Virus record (IMG/VR): IMGVR_UViG_3300021477_000008
Coordinates: 1-54,708 of that record
Strand: one strand, 5' to 3'
DNA length: 54,708 nt
Source of the DNA: a virus
Taxonomy: Duplodnaviria; Caudoviricetes
The notes beneath the pieces were generated by a model, which did no database searches, was not told the DNA's origin, and saw only the letters and a program-made list of their open reading frames with translations. The position numbers and the translations under genes were made by a program. Of the stretch, positions 1 through 8,370 are shown in pieces; position 1 is the first letter of the stretch, and every line of letters begins with the position of its first letter.

Positions 1-167
1 ACGGCTACGGCGACGGCTCCGGCGACGGCTCCGGCTCCGGCGACGGCTACGGCGACGGCTCCGGCTACGGCGACGGCTACGGCGACGGCTCCGGCTCCGG
101 CTCCGGCTCCGGCGACGGCTCCGGCGACGGCTCCGGCTCCGGCGACGGCTCCGGCTCCGGCGACGGC
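1..167 (+). repeat. Low-complexity tandem repeat of GGCTCC/GGCGAC/GGCTAC hexamers
   Basis: Directly visible; the same repeat occupies about 54585-54708. Confidence 0.95.
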
Positions 168-170
168 TAA
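1..170 (+). CDS. 3' part of Gly/Ser/Asp/Tyr-repeat protein (continues from 54567 across the junction)
   Basis: GGC-TAC/GAC/TCC codon repeats with TAA at 168-170, in frame with ATG 54567 after circularisation (103 aa total). Confidence 0.8.
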   Translation, partial: GYGDGSGDGSGSGDGYGDGSGYGDGYGDGSGSGSGSGDGSGDGSGSGDGSGSGDG

Positions 171-185
171 ACGTAGAAAAGGATT

Positions 186-362
186 ATGACCGCCTATACC
201 CCATCCAAAACCCGCATTCTCCGCGAATGCAAAAAGCTCTGGGCCGAGAACCAGACGATACCGTGGAGTGAAGTTCCCCAGTCCACCAGAGACCGCGTTC
301 GCAAGACCGCTATCCGGCATCTTGTCGAGGTTGAACAAGCGCGGAGAGGCGGGAGGAAGTGA
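186..362 (+). CDS. Hypothetical protein (58 aa, MTAYTPSKTRILRECKKLW…)
   Basis: Below the ORF-track cutoff; AAGGA SD just upstream; last gene of the + strand early operon. Confidence 0.65.
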   Translation: MTAYTPSKTRILRECKKLWAENQTIPWSEVPQSTRDRVRKTAIRHLVEVEQARRGGRK

Positions 363-384
363 ACTACGCCCCCGTTTCGGTGGG

Positions 385-1011
385 TCAGAAGTGACCGGAA
401 ATGCCGAAGCGATACTGCGGGCCAGCGAATCCCGTCCACGTTTCAACATCCGCAGCCAGTTGCAGGCTTCGAGGCTGATACCATGCGGTCGCTGGCGTTG
501 AACGCTTCCAAATCGTTACAGCCAAGCCCGCACCCGTGATGGCGGTTGCTTGGTCGTTATTGTCCCGAATCAATCCTGGCACATTGAAGTTTCCCACCCG
601 CGCACCGCTCACCGGCACGCCAATGCCAGCGTAAGCAATTGGCGACAATGTGAGCCAACTGGTGACTGAAATGGGTGCTTCAAGGCTGACATTGCCGGAG
701 GGCATCCAAAAACCGCCGTCCACCCAGTCAAGGCGCGTCCCGGCCAAGACGTTGAATGTTCCGAACAGATTCGTCGTGACCGGAGCGAATACGCCCACGC
801 CGCCACCCCAATGCGATTGCAGGGACGGAGCGTAAAGCGCGTAGCTGACGCCGAACCAGTTGGTCGTCTTGACCGCGTCCCAGATTTGGGCCAATCCACC
901 GGCAAAGGTGGGCACAGGCGCATTTGTGGCCGTGACCGTGTTCGTGTTGGTTTGGGAGAGCGCGGAGAAGGCGAGAACGGACGACAACAGGATGGCCGAA
1001 ATTTGTTTCAT
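385..1011 (-). CDS. Putative outer-membrane beta-barrel protein with signal peptide
   Basis: MKQISAILLSSVLAFSALS|Q signal peptide, amphipathic strands, C-terminal YRFGISGHF ending in Phe; start overlaps the upstream stop (TGATG). Confidence 0.65.
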   Translation of the reverse strand: MKQISAILLSSVLAFSALSQTNTNTVTATNAPVPTFAGGLAQIWDAVKTTNWFGVSYALYAPSLQSHWGGGVGVFAPVTTNLFGTFNVLAGTRLDWVDGGFWMPSGNVSLEAPISVTSWLTLSPIAYAGIGVPVSGARVGNFNVPGLIRDNNDQATAITGAGLAVTIWKRSTPATAWYQPRSLQLAADVETWTGFAGPQYRFGISGHF

Positions 1012-1259
1012 CAGAAAGTGATAAATCCATGGCCGACCAAGCTCAAGAGAAAATTGATGACCAGAATCGCCCCAATGAGGATAAAAAATCCCACCCAAAC
1101 GGTCAGGACGATGGCGGGCACGCCCATCTTTTTGAAAATCCAATCGCCGAGCCACCACACAATTGCGAGGCACACGGCGATAATCAGGATGAAGAAAACG
1201 CTGTGGATGAGGCCGGTCCCGCCTCCCATCGTCACGACTTCTGCTAAAAGAGCATTCAT
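1011..1259 (-). CDS. Small two-TM membrane protein (holin candidate)
   Basis: 82 aa, two long hydrophobic segments, end of the late operon. Confidence 0.6.
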   Translation of the reverse strand: MNALLAEVVTMGGGTGLIHSVFFILIIAVCLAIVWWLGDWIFKKMGVPAIVLTVWVGFFILIGAILVINFLLSLVGHGFITF

Positions 1260-1305
1260 GGCATCAGTTTAATGTTTTGGTGCGAGATTGGTATGGGGTG
1301 AAACC

Positions 1306-1578
1306 CTACGTCTTTGGCGTCCCCGGCACGGTTGGCGGGGTTGGTAAGCGTTTATCCAACCCCTTTTCGGCAAGTATGTCCGCGAGGTCGTCAACATGCA
1401 GGCAATCGCACATGCACGCCACGGTGTCGTTGGTGAGCGGCGCAATGCCACCATTGCAGTAATCGTTGCCGGGCGTCGCACTGTGGAGAACCCCAAAGCA
1501 CACGACTTTGGCATCCTCCATGCCGAGTTTCACGATTTTGTCGCCGTTCTTTGCTTCTCTGCCGTTTCTGTAGTGCAT
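1306..1578 (-). CDS. Hypothetical phage protein (MHYRNGREAKNGDKIV…)
   Basis: 90-aa ORF in operon context. Confidence 0.7.
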   Translation of the reverse strand: MHYRNGREAKNGDKIVKLGMEDAKVVCFGVLHSATPGNDYCNGGIAPLTNDTVACMCDCLHVDDLADILAEKGLDKRLPTPPTVPGTPKT

Positions 1579-1587
1579 AATGTTGGG

Positions 1588-1917
1588 CTATGGTTTTGGA
1601 TTTGGAGTTACCGGCGCGGCGGGCGTCGGGATGATTGCAGGCGCGGGCAGCATGGCCCGCACACTGGCCATCAAAGGCGGGGTGGGAGTCCCGCCAGCGT
1701 CCACGATTGCGCCCGCTTGGATGGCCGCTGACGCATCGTTTGACCAAAGGTGGGAGAATATCGCTCCGAACACTCCGAGAGCCACAGCGACGGCTGTGAG
1801 CGTAATAGTGAGCCATTTTGGGCCGCTTGAAAGGAGTGTCAGGCCACCGCTGCCGCCGAGAGCGTATGCGCCTGCCGTGAGAGCCGAACCGAGGTTGCGC
1901 TTCGTCTGACTGTCCAT
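1588..1917 (-). CDS. Membrane protein with Pro-rich tail (holin candidate)
   Basis: Start taken at MDSQTKRN; two hydrophobic stretches; TTGCCA-17-AAGGGT element just upstream. Confidence 0.55.
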   Translation of the reverse strand: MDSQTKRNLGSALTAGAYALGGSGGLTLLSSGPKWLTITLTAVAVALGVFGAIFSHLWSNDASAAIQAGAIVDAGGTPTPPLMASVRAMLPAPAIIPTPAAPVTPNPKP

Positions 1918-1960
1918 GCCTTCACCCTTGCAGAACCGGGCGGGGTTGGCAAGAAAATTG

Positions 1961-1989
1961 TTGACGCCGGGGCGGGAAGATGCTCTGAT
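1961..1989 (+). promoter_or_regulatory. Sigma70-like promoter TTGACG-17-TCTGAT with extended TG
   Basis: In the divergent intergenic gap 1918-2122. Confidence 0.4.
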
Positions 1990-2122
1990 AGACGTGAAGA
2001 CAATCACGTCCGGGCGCAGTTCCCGCTCCCGGCCCCGCGCGAGAGTTAACGTTTTGCGCGAGAGAAAAACAGCCGCCGCTCTGATACAGCGCGCGGCCTT
2101 TTGTCTTACCGTCACCAAAATC

Positions 2123-2278
2123 ATGAAACGAGAAATCAAATTTAATAATGCCGAGCAGAACATGATTCGCTCATCCATGTCAAAACACGCGAAGCGATGG
2201 CGACGCGCGAACTATTGGACGCGGGTAATGATTAAACTTTATCCACTTGAGCAATGGGACTACTTCGGGTGGCGTTAG
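2123..2278 (+). CDS. Hypothetical protein (51 aa, MKREIKFNNAEQ…)
   Basis: Internal ATG of the track ORF; A-rich upstream. Confidence 0.5.
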   Translation: MKREIKFNNAEQNMIRSSMSKHAKRWRRANYWTRVMIKLYPLEQWDYFGWR

Positions 2279-2286
2279 CCTCCAAA

Positions 2287-2634
2287 ATGAACTGTCGCTA
2301 TTGCTCAAATTGGATTGACGGCCCGGTAGCAACCACGCTCGCGTATTGGAATCAAACGCCGGATGCCTGCCATCCCGAATGCAAGACTGATGGCGAGAAA
2401 CGGGAGGCGTTTGAATGCCAGTTGCTCGATGCCGACTGCAATGACTGCAAATATTTTCGCCGTGGTTACAATGTCCAACGCTGGCTCTCGACGATGATTG
2501 ATAAAAAGCCCGCTTGGGTACTCACGAATATGGGAATCAATCGCGGCATCTGCAATAAATTCAATAAACCAACCGAAGCGTTTCCACACATGAGCACAGG
2601 AAGGGCGTGCTTTGAGCATCGCAAACCGAGCTAA
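2287..2634 (+). CDS. Cys-rich hypothetical protein
   Basis: MNCRYC…DCNDC…GIC…CFEHR pattern of metal-binding Cys. Confidence 0.65.
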   Translation: MNCRYCSNWIDGPVATTLAYWNQTPDACHPECKTDGEKREAFECQLLDADCNDCKYFRRGYNVQRWLSTMIDKKPAWVLTNMGINRGICNKFNKPTEAFPHMSTGRACFEHRKPS

Positions 2635-2837
2635 TGGTTCGGCAACTGCTTCTCCATCTCCGCGACTTTGGCCTTCAACTCCTTGATTTCAGTCCATTGC
2701 CGCGAAACCTGAATCGGCAGGTAAACATACACGGCGACCGCGCTCAGAATCGCGCCAGCGGCAACGATGATTCCAAGAATTGTGCCGACGCGCGACAACG
2801 ACCATCGCCGAACCATTTTTGGATGGTGCGCTTTCAC
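2631..2837 (-). CDS. Single-TM protein with C-terminal coiled coil
   Basis: VGTILGIIVAAGAILSAVAVYVYL TM segment followed by a heptad-like region; overlaps the upstream stop. Confidence 0.6.
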   Translation of the reverse strand: MKAHHPKMVRRWSLSRVGTILGIIVAAGAILSAVAVYVYLPIQVSRQWTEIKELKAKVAEMEKQLPNH

Positions 2838-3223
2838 TTCACCGGCTCAACATATTTCGGCATTTTCAACTTGTGCGTGCAAACCGCGTTGATGATTCCC
2901 GCCAGCAACCGCTCGCCTTTCGCCAGGGATTCGTCCTTTTCAAGCAACGAGCACATTTCCCGCAGTTTATCCCACTCGTCCCGGGTCAATTCGTAGCCAC
3001 GGTCTGTGTACGTGCGTAGGTACTTTTCCAGCATCGCGTCGAGTTCGGGAGTGTGCGGAGAGTGCAAGATTTCGGCCGCTTTCTGAGCCAGCAACGAGAC
3101 GATGGTTTCAACCTTGGTGAGCCGTTGCGAGGTCGAGAAAGCCCACGCCAACATGCCTCCAGTGCACATGCCGAGGCCGGTCAGGATGAAACCGAAAATC
3201 CATAGAATAACGTCCTTGTCCAT
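2834..3223 (-). CDS. N-terminal TM membrane protein
   Basis: Start MDKDVILWIFGFILTGLG; TAATG coupling with the upstream gene. Confidence 0.65.
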   Translation of the reverse strand: MDKDVILWIFGFILTGLGMCTGGMLAWAFSTSQRLTKVETIVSLLAQKAAEILHSPHTPELDAMLEKYLRTYTDRGYELTRDEWDKLREMCSLLEKDESLAKGERLLAGIINAVCTHKLKMPKYVEPVK

Positions 3224-3573
3224 TATTTGTTGGTCGCCTGAACCGCAAGCGGTTGATTCGGCCAGTAAATATACCATGCCCTGCACATTGTCGTGATGTC
3301 CGTGAACGTTGTGCCGTTCGTGAACACGCCCACAATCGAATAATTGTCCCACAGATTAGATGACCGCATCACGAGCACGTACGGATAATTCGACGGGACA
3401 CTGACGCTCACGGTCACGCGATTCGTGTACAGAACGACAAGAGGTGGATTGGTCTGCACCGGAACAGCCGTTGGCAGCGTTGGCCGATTCGTAAGGCCAG
3501 CAGGCGGCGCGGGCGGTTGCGCGCAGCACCACACGGCGAAGAACGCAGCCAAGATGGTCACGGAAGCCTTCAT
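3223..3573 (-). CDS. Small secreted protein
   Basis: Signal peptide MKASVTILAAFFAVWCCA|Q, Pro-rich linker, small beta domain (…MRSSNLWDNY…FTD…AWY). Confidence 0.65.
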   Translation of the reverse strand: MKASVTILAAFFAVWCCAQPPAPPAGLTNRPTLPTAVPVQTNPPLVVLYTNRVTVSVSVPSNYPYVLVMRSSNLWDNYSIVGVFTNGTTFTDITTMCRAWYIYWPNQPLAVQATNK

Positions 3574-5321
3574 TGCACGGTGAATGTTCCGCCGAGTGTA
3601 TAGCTGCCAGTGAAGGTGAAAATGGTTGTTGTGGCGTTATACGCCCCCATCGTCCACGGGCCGGTTGTGGGACGGGCATTGCCGAGAATGTCGCTTGTGA
3701 TGCCCGGCAGACCGGATGAGGTAAGGTTTGCGCCAGCGCCAATCGCAGGACTCCCGGATTGCAATTGGAGGTTGTTATTCTGCTGGTTGATGGTATTGAT
3801 ATAATTCGTGGCCACGTAAAGCGGATTGCCGAACTTACCGTGCGTTTCCCATCCGAACAATACCTGCATACCCGCCAAACCGAATTGCCCCCAAGTGTTC
3901 GCAACATTTCCGTTGAAAAATCCCGCCGTGTCATTGGGAACAGTCGAGATAAACGTGTTGTAACTTAGGTAACAGTTGTAATCGAATTTGAAACCGGACG
4001 CGACATTGGTGCTCGATGACGTGACGGTAATCAGGTAATTCGCACCACTGCCGCCCATCGTATCCACGAGCACGTTGTTCTCCATGTCAATGTTGACGCC
4101 GGAAGCGAACTGTCCGGTCTGATTGAATCCAAATATGCCGATTGGCGGCGAGAAGTCGGTCAGGAAAGAGTTGTTCAGGATACGCCAATATGTGTTGGGG
4201 ATGTCCCCCGGATAATCTGTGAGCAACCCAAGCATCCCGTCTCCGGTGGGCGGGAAGTTGCAGACGTTATTATAGAAATTGATGTTCTCACCCTCACCAA
4301 TACGAATTACATCGGAGAGGGCGGAGTTTTGATTCGTGACCCAGATGAGATTGTTGTAAAAATCAATGTTCGTCCCGTCGAGATAAAGCACCGTCCCGTT
4401 GGCGGCGTAATCAATCAGGATGTCGCAATGCGGAGCGCTGTATCCAGTCCAATACGCCGCGCTGTACTGCCATGACGTGTTGTAAAATTGGTTTCCATAG
4501 AAGAAGGCATTGTTTCGGGAGCATCCCGTTGTCGTCGTGTAGGCGATGCACCAGACGATGAAATCGTGGAAGCGCGAGTTGCAAACCGTGGTATTGCTTA
4601 ACCAAGCGTTGCCGAGCAGTTGAACCGGGACTGCCACTTTGGTAAACTCGCAATTCGTGATGACGATATTCGTGCCGTCCAAACAGGATAATCCCACCCC
4701 TGAAATGCTGGTCAAATCCATCGGCTTCGTGTTCGTGAAATAGCCGATGTTGTGAACGTAATCGTTATTCAGCGTGACATTGTAAAACTGCGCGGATGTG
4801 GCCACGAAACCGCCATAGACGCTTGGCACAGCCGAACCCCGGTCAACGACGTTTGTGATTGCCCCACCCACCGGCCCACCGTCGAATCCTTGAATCAGGA
4901 TATTGCTCAGAGCGACCGATGAGCCCTGAAAAGCGTTCATCACGTAAACACTTCCCGTGGCGGGATTAAGCACGGTGTAATCCTCCTGAATATTCGCCCT
5001 GCCTGTGCCCCACGTTCCGGCAGTGTTACCATCGTAGATGTTTGGGGTGGACGGAGACGGCCCAGACATGAGAGCGATGCCGCCAGACGCCCCGCCACTC
5101 AGGATGTAGCTTTCGCCGCCCTTGAAAATTACAGTGTCGCCGCTCAGGGTTTTTCCAGCAGGAACAGATGTCGCATCCGGGTCTCCGGGGCAATGTGCCC
5201 AAGAGGTTGCCGTGCTCGTTCCATTGTTGCCGTCGCTGCCCGAAACAATCGAGACATAATACGTCGCCCCGCTCGCCGAGAGCGAGAGCGCACAACAAAG
5301 GATGGAGAGGATGCGGGTCAT
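3570..5321 (-). CDS. Secreted right-handed parallel beta-helix protein (pectate-lyase-like fold; possible depolymerase or adhesin)
   Basis: Signal peptide then ATYYVS…GSDGNNGTS; Asn-ladder repeats; C-terminal LQSGSPAIGAG…DILGNARP…MGAY resembles choice-of-anchor-Q endings. Confidence 0.75.
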   Translation of the reverse strand: MTRILSILCCALSLSASGATYYVSIVSGSDGNNGTSTATSWAHCPGDPDATSVPAGKTLSGDTVIFKGGESYILSGGASGGIALMSGPSPSTPNIYDGNTAGTWGTGRANIQEDYTVLNPATGSVYVMNAFQGSSVALSNILIQGFDGGPVGGAITNVVDRGSAVPSVYGGFVATSAQFYNVTLNNDYVHNIGYFTNTKPMDLTSISGVGLSCLDGTNIVITNCEFTKVAVPVQLLGNAWLSNTTVCNSRFHDFIVWCIAYTTTTGCSRNNAFFYGNQFYNTSWQYSAAYWTGYSAPHCDILIDYAANGTVLYLDGTNIDFYNNLIWVTNQNSALSDVIRIGEGENINFYNNVCNFPPTGDGMLGLLTDYPGDIPNTYWRILNNSFLTDFSPPIGIFGFNQTGQFASGVNIDMENNVLVDTMGGSGANYLITVTSSSTNVASGFKFDYNCYLSYNTFISTVPNDTAGFFNGNVANTWGQFGLAGMQVLFGWETHGKFGNPLYVATNYINTINQQNNNLQLQSGSPAIGAGANLTSSGLPGITSDILGNARPTTGPWTMGAYNATTTIFTFTGSYTLGGTFTVQ

Positions 5322-6781
5322 TGGTTCAAGGCGCGGTCTGTCCATATTCCAAGGTCAACCGTTGGAGAGCCTGTGCCGCCGATTGTGGCCGTCATCGTGA
5401 GAGACTTTGAAGCACCAAGAGTGAAATTAAAAGAATCAGGAACTGTTAAAGTCAAATCCAACGGGCCAGTCGCCGCCGTGCTCAACGCGCTGAAAGGGGT
5501 TATCGTGTAGGCTTGGCCGAAATCGTTCGTGCCGGCGATGGCGATGGTGAAAGTCCCCGCAGCGGCAGCCACCAATACCGAGGCATTGTAATGGACAGTG
5601 CCGCGAATTGTGTTGGCTGTGGAGTTTGTGAATAAAAGAGTACTCGCCACGTTTCCGGTGACGTTGGTGTTGACGTAGAGGCCAACGACTTGTTCTTCGC
5701 TATTCCCTACGCTGGTGACACCAAATTGATTAAATCCATTCGTGACCGTAATTGAGCCTGTGGTGACTGCTCCCGTTGCGCCTATAATCATCGCCGCTCC
5801 GCCGTAATTTCCTGCGCCGCTTGATGACATAGACACTCCACCCAGCCCCATTCCACCAGTAAAGTCCGTTTTAAACTGCATATTCTGGCTAAACCCCCCA
5901 GTGCCAGTGGTGATTGTGAAAAACTGAATGCTACCATTGATGAACTGAAACGCTTCGGCGTAGCCCGATTGCAGTCGAGTATATCCACCATTATAATATG
6001 CGTTTTCTGCAAGGAAACCGTTGTTGAACGCATACGGCTGAATTAAAAAAGACCCGAATTTTGCCGTGTATGACGATGTGTTATACGTCTCGCCCGTGAA
6101 AAGTCCGTTCTCGGTCAGCGAACTTCCAAACCCAACTGCACCGTTTACCAGTAGCGTGCTGGAATTGGAAATGGCCGCTGAAAAATTATCAGCGTTGGGT
6201 GAACCATTAAGAAACGGCACATTGCTGCTCAACCTCGCATCCGCCACCGTTCCGCTGCTCAACTGCGAGGCGTTGTTGGTGTTGACGTAGGCGCTCACCG
6301 CAACCGTTGCATTGCCGCCGCTCGGAGTGACTGTGATTCCGGTTCCGGCGAGGATGTTGCTTGCCGCACCGAGCGCATTCAATTGCGTCTGAATGGCGCT
6401 CGTGACGCCGTGAACATAGGAAAGCTCAGTGGAAGTTGTGACACTCGATGCCAATGCCTGATTCGCGTTGGCAACAAGCGCGGTGGACGGGGTGAGCGTC
6501 GTATTCGTGATAGCATCAGCGACCACGGTGATGACGACTCCATTAGACAGGTATATCAGAGTGTTATTGGTCAACAGCCAACCCGAGCCAGTTGAGTTGT
6601 TGGTGAGCGAGAATCCACCCGGCCCAGAGCCAGTGCCGCTCAAAGCGCCGGAAAATGTTCCGGTCGTGCCGATGATAGGGATTGCCGTGCCGTCCGTGTT
6701 GGTCGTGTAACGATTAGGCCGAATCGGTTGGGCAAATGCTCCAAAAGATACGAGACAACAAATCAAAATCAGCGTTTTCAT
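5318..6781 (-). CDS. Tail-fibre-like protein carrying an N-terminal signal peptide
   Basis: Start MKTLILICCLVSFGAFA|Q; fibre-type motifs TELSYVHGVTSAIQTQLN and ASQLSSGTVADARL; Gly/Thr/Asn-rich. Confidence 0.65.
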   Translation of the reverse strand: MKTLILICCLVSFGAFAQPIRPNRYTTNTDGTAIPIIGTTGTFSGALSGTGSGPGGFSLTNNSTGSGWLLTNNTLIYLSNGVVITVVADAITNTTLTPSTALVANANQALASSVTTSTELSYVHGVTSAIQTQLNALGAASNILAGTGITVTPSGGNATVAVSAYVNTNNASQLSSGTVADARLSSNVPFLNGSPNADNFSAAISNSSTLLVNGAVGFGSSLTENGLFTGETYNTSSYTAKFGSFLIQPYAFNNGFLAENAYYNGGYTRLQSGYAEAFQFINGSIQFFTITTGTGGFSQNMQFKTDFTGGMGLGGVSMSSSGAGNYGGAAMIIGATGAVTTGSITVTNGFNQFGVTSVGNSEEQVVGLYVNTNVTGNVASTLLFTNSTANTIRGTVHYNASVLVAAAAGTFTIAIAGTNDFGQAYTITPFSALSTAATGPLDLTLTVPDSFNFTLGASKSLTMTATIGGTGSPTVDLGIWTDRALNQ

Positions 6782-6783
6782 AA

Positions 6784-7143
6784 TTAACTCCCGGCGACTT
6801 CGTACCATCCTGTGTTCCCGTTTCCGCTCGCTTTCACCCAAAAATTGACAGCGTTCGGGTTGGTAACATCTGCGTAAGGCGTGCCCGGAGAGGCCGTCAC
6901 GACACCTTGAGGGCTTCCAGTGCCATACAGTCCACCGCCGCTCGCGTTGACGGTGACAGTGCCAGTCCCGCCAGAAGGTGAAACGGTTATGTTAGTGCCC
7001 GCCACAATTTGAGAAACGCCGCCTCCGCCGCCGCCGCCATTGGACGCCGCGTAGAGCAACGCCATTTTCAAGTCCCGCGTGGACATGGCATCGTACCCGG
7101 CCTGAACAGCCGCCGTCATCAAGGTTTGTGCGGATTGTGGCAT
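6784..7143 (-). CDS. Small virion protein (decoration/fibre-like; paralog family A)
   Basis: AQTL…AGYD.M..R.LKMA.LYAASNGG module, then VSQIVAGTNIT fibre motif. Confidence 0.65.
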   Translation of the reverse strand: MPQSAQTLMTAAVQAGYDAMSTRDLKMALLYAASNGGGGGGGVSQIVAGTNITVSPSGGTGTVTVNASGGGLYGTGSPQGVVTASPGTPYADVTNPNAVNFWVKASGNGNTGWYEVAGS

Positions 7144-7689
7144 TTATGGGCGAGCGTACATTTTAAGCCGCCAGTTGTTGAAAGAGGTTGGGTTGTCATT
7201 TCCACCAGCGGGGAGAGACACTACGATATCAATTTCGTTACCGAGCGGGGGGGATTTTGAACAAGAAACGTAAACATTCGTGGCGTCCGCCCACACTCCG
7301 AATGCGTTATTGCTTGCCGACCCGTCAAACCAGTCCGTGAACTCCACTTCCTGGCCGACCACAAAGCCGGACTGGGCATCGTTAGAAACGCACACCAACA
7401 CGGCGGTCTTCCACGATGGAGTTGTCCCAAGGCCGTGCGCGGCTGACCACGCGCCTTGATTCAGCGTGAATAGTGCGCTGGTGAAAAGAACAGCAGAAAC
7501 CGTAACCGCCCCAGTGCCTCCAACGGGAGACACTCCAATGCCGGTTCCGGCGACAACTTGTGAGACTCCAAATCCAGTCCCGCCGTTGGAAGCGGCGTAT
7601 AATATCGCCATCTTCAAGGCGCGGTCATCCATCTTATCGTATCCGGCAGATACGGCAGCGGCTAAAAGCGTTGATGCGTTTTGTGCCAT
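7144..7689 (-). CDS. Small virion protein (paralog family A)
   Basis: N-terminus nearly identical to that of 6784-7143; HGLGTTP motif. Confidence 0.65.
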   Translation of the reverse strand: MAQNASTLLAAAVSAGYDKMDDRALKMAILYAASNGGTGFGVSQVVAGTGIGVSPVGGTGAVTVSAVLFTSALFTLNQGAWSAAHGLGTTPSWKTAVLVCVSNDAQSGFVVGQEVEFTDWFDGSASNNAFGVWADATNVYVSCSKSPPLGNEIDIVVSLPAGGNDNPTSFNNWRLKMYARP

Positions 7690-7692
7690 GAA

Positions 7693-7908
7693 TTATGGAG
7701 CGAGAACCACCAGCAAGCACTGGTCAAGCTGGCGGTCGTCTAGCTTTTCGTATCCTTGAGCGATTGCGCCTGTTATCGCCTGCTGTCCGGTCAGACCAGC
7801 ATTCGTGCCGTAAAGACCGGCCAAACAAAGGAGAATGCCACGGTCATCCAGGGTCGGGTAGCCGAGGTTGGCTATCATGTTTTCGAGTGTCTGCGCGGAG
7901 TCAGCCAT
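7693..7908 (-). CDS. Small virion-associated protein (family A module twice)
   Basis: GYPTLDDR and GYEKLDDR repeats. Confidence 0.6.
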   Translation of the reverse strand: MADSAQTLENMIANLGYPTLDDRGILLCLAGLYGTNAGLTGQQAITGAIAQGYEKLDDRQLDQCLLVVLAP

Positions 7909-7927
7909 AAAAGGGCTTCCCGCGCCG

Positions 7928-8362
7928 TTACACTCCTAGCAGGGAGAGACTATAACGCAGGAAAAAGTAAAACAGTCGCAATGTTTGCTCTGGCGTCTCG
8001 CGCATCGTCCCGCATTCCTTGATGATGGTGTTCACGTCCGTCGTGAGCGCGTTGTCGAGTCCGTACGCGGTGTTCCACAGAATCGCGGCGTCCATCTTGG
8101 CGAAAATCCAGCCCGGCTGCATCCCGGTGAAGGAAAATCCACCCGTGAACGTGGTTGCGTCAATCCGCAACTGCTTGTGGTTCGTGCGATAATCCGTCCC
8201 GCCTTTGCTGTTCAACTCGTGAATCAGGCAGATGACAGCAAACGCCACGGTTTGCAAATTGTCTAGATTTTGGAGCGCGGCGATGTTCGCCTTGAGATTT
8301 GCCGCATCCGTTATCTTGACCGGGCTTGATAACGCCGAATATGGAATGAGTGTTTGCGACAT
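7928..8362 (-). CDS. Hypothetical protein (paralog family B)
   Basis: 144 aa downstream of the capsid gene; aligns by eye with 17295-17750. Confidence 0.65.
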   Translation of the reverse strand: MSQTLIPYSALSSPVKITDAANLKANIAALQNLDNLQTVAFAVICLIHELNSKGGTDYRTNHKQLRIDATTFTGGFSFTGMQPGWIFAKMDAAILWNTAYGLDNALTTDVNTIIKECGTMRETPEQTLRLFYFFLRYSLSLLGV

Positions 8363-8370
8363 ATAATTAG

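Noticed and set aside
1-170. Terminal repeats as a CRISPR array or direct terminal repeat
   Set aside because: No unique spacers; it is a coding hexamer repeat that continues in frame across the junction
1985-2060. Hammerhead ribozyme suggested by CTGA next to a stem
   Set aside because: Core is CTGATAG rather than CUGANGA and no GAAA follows the stem
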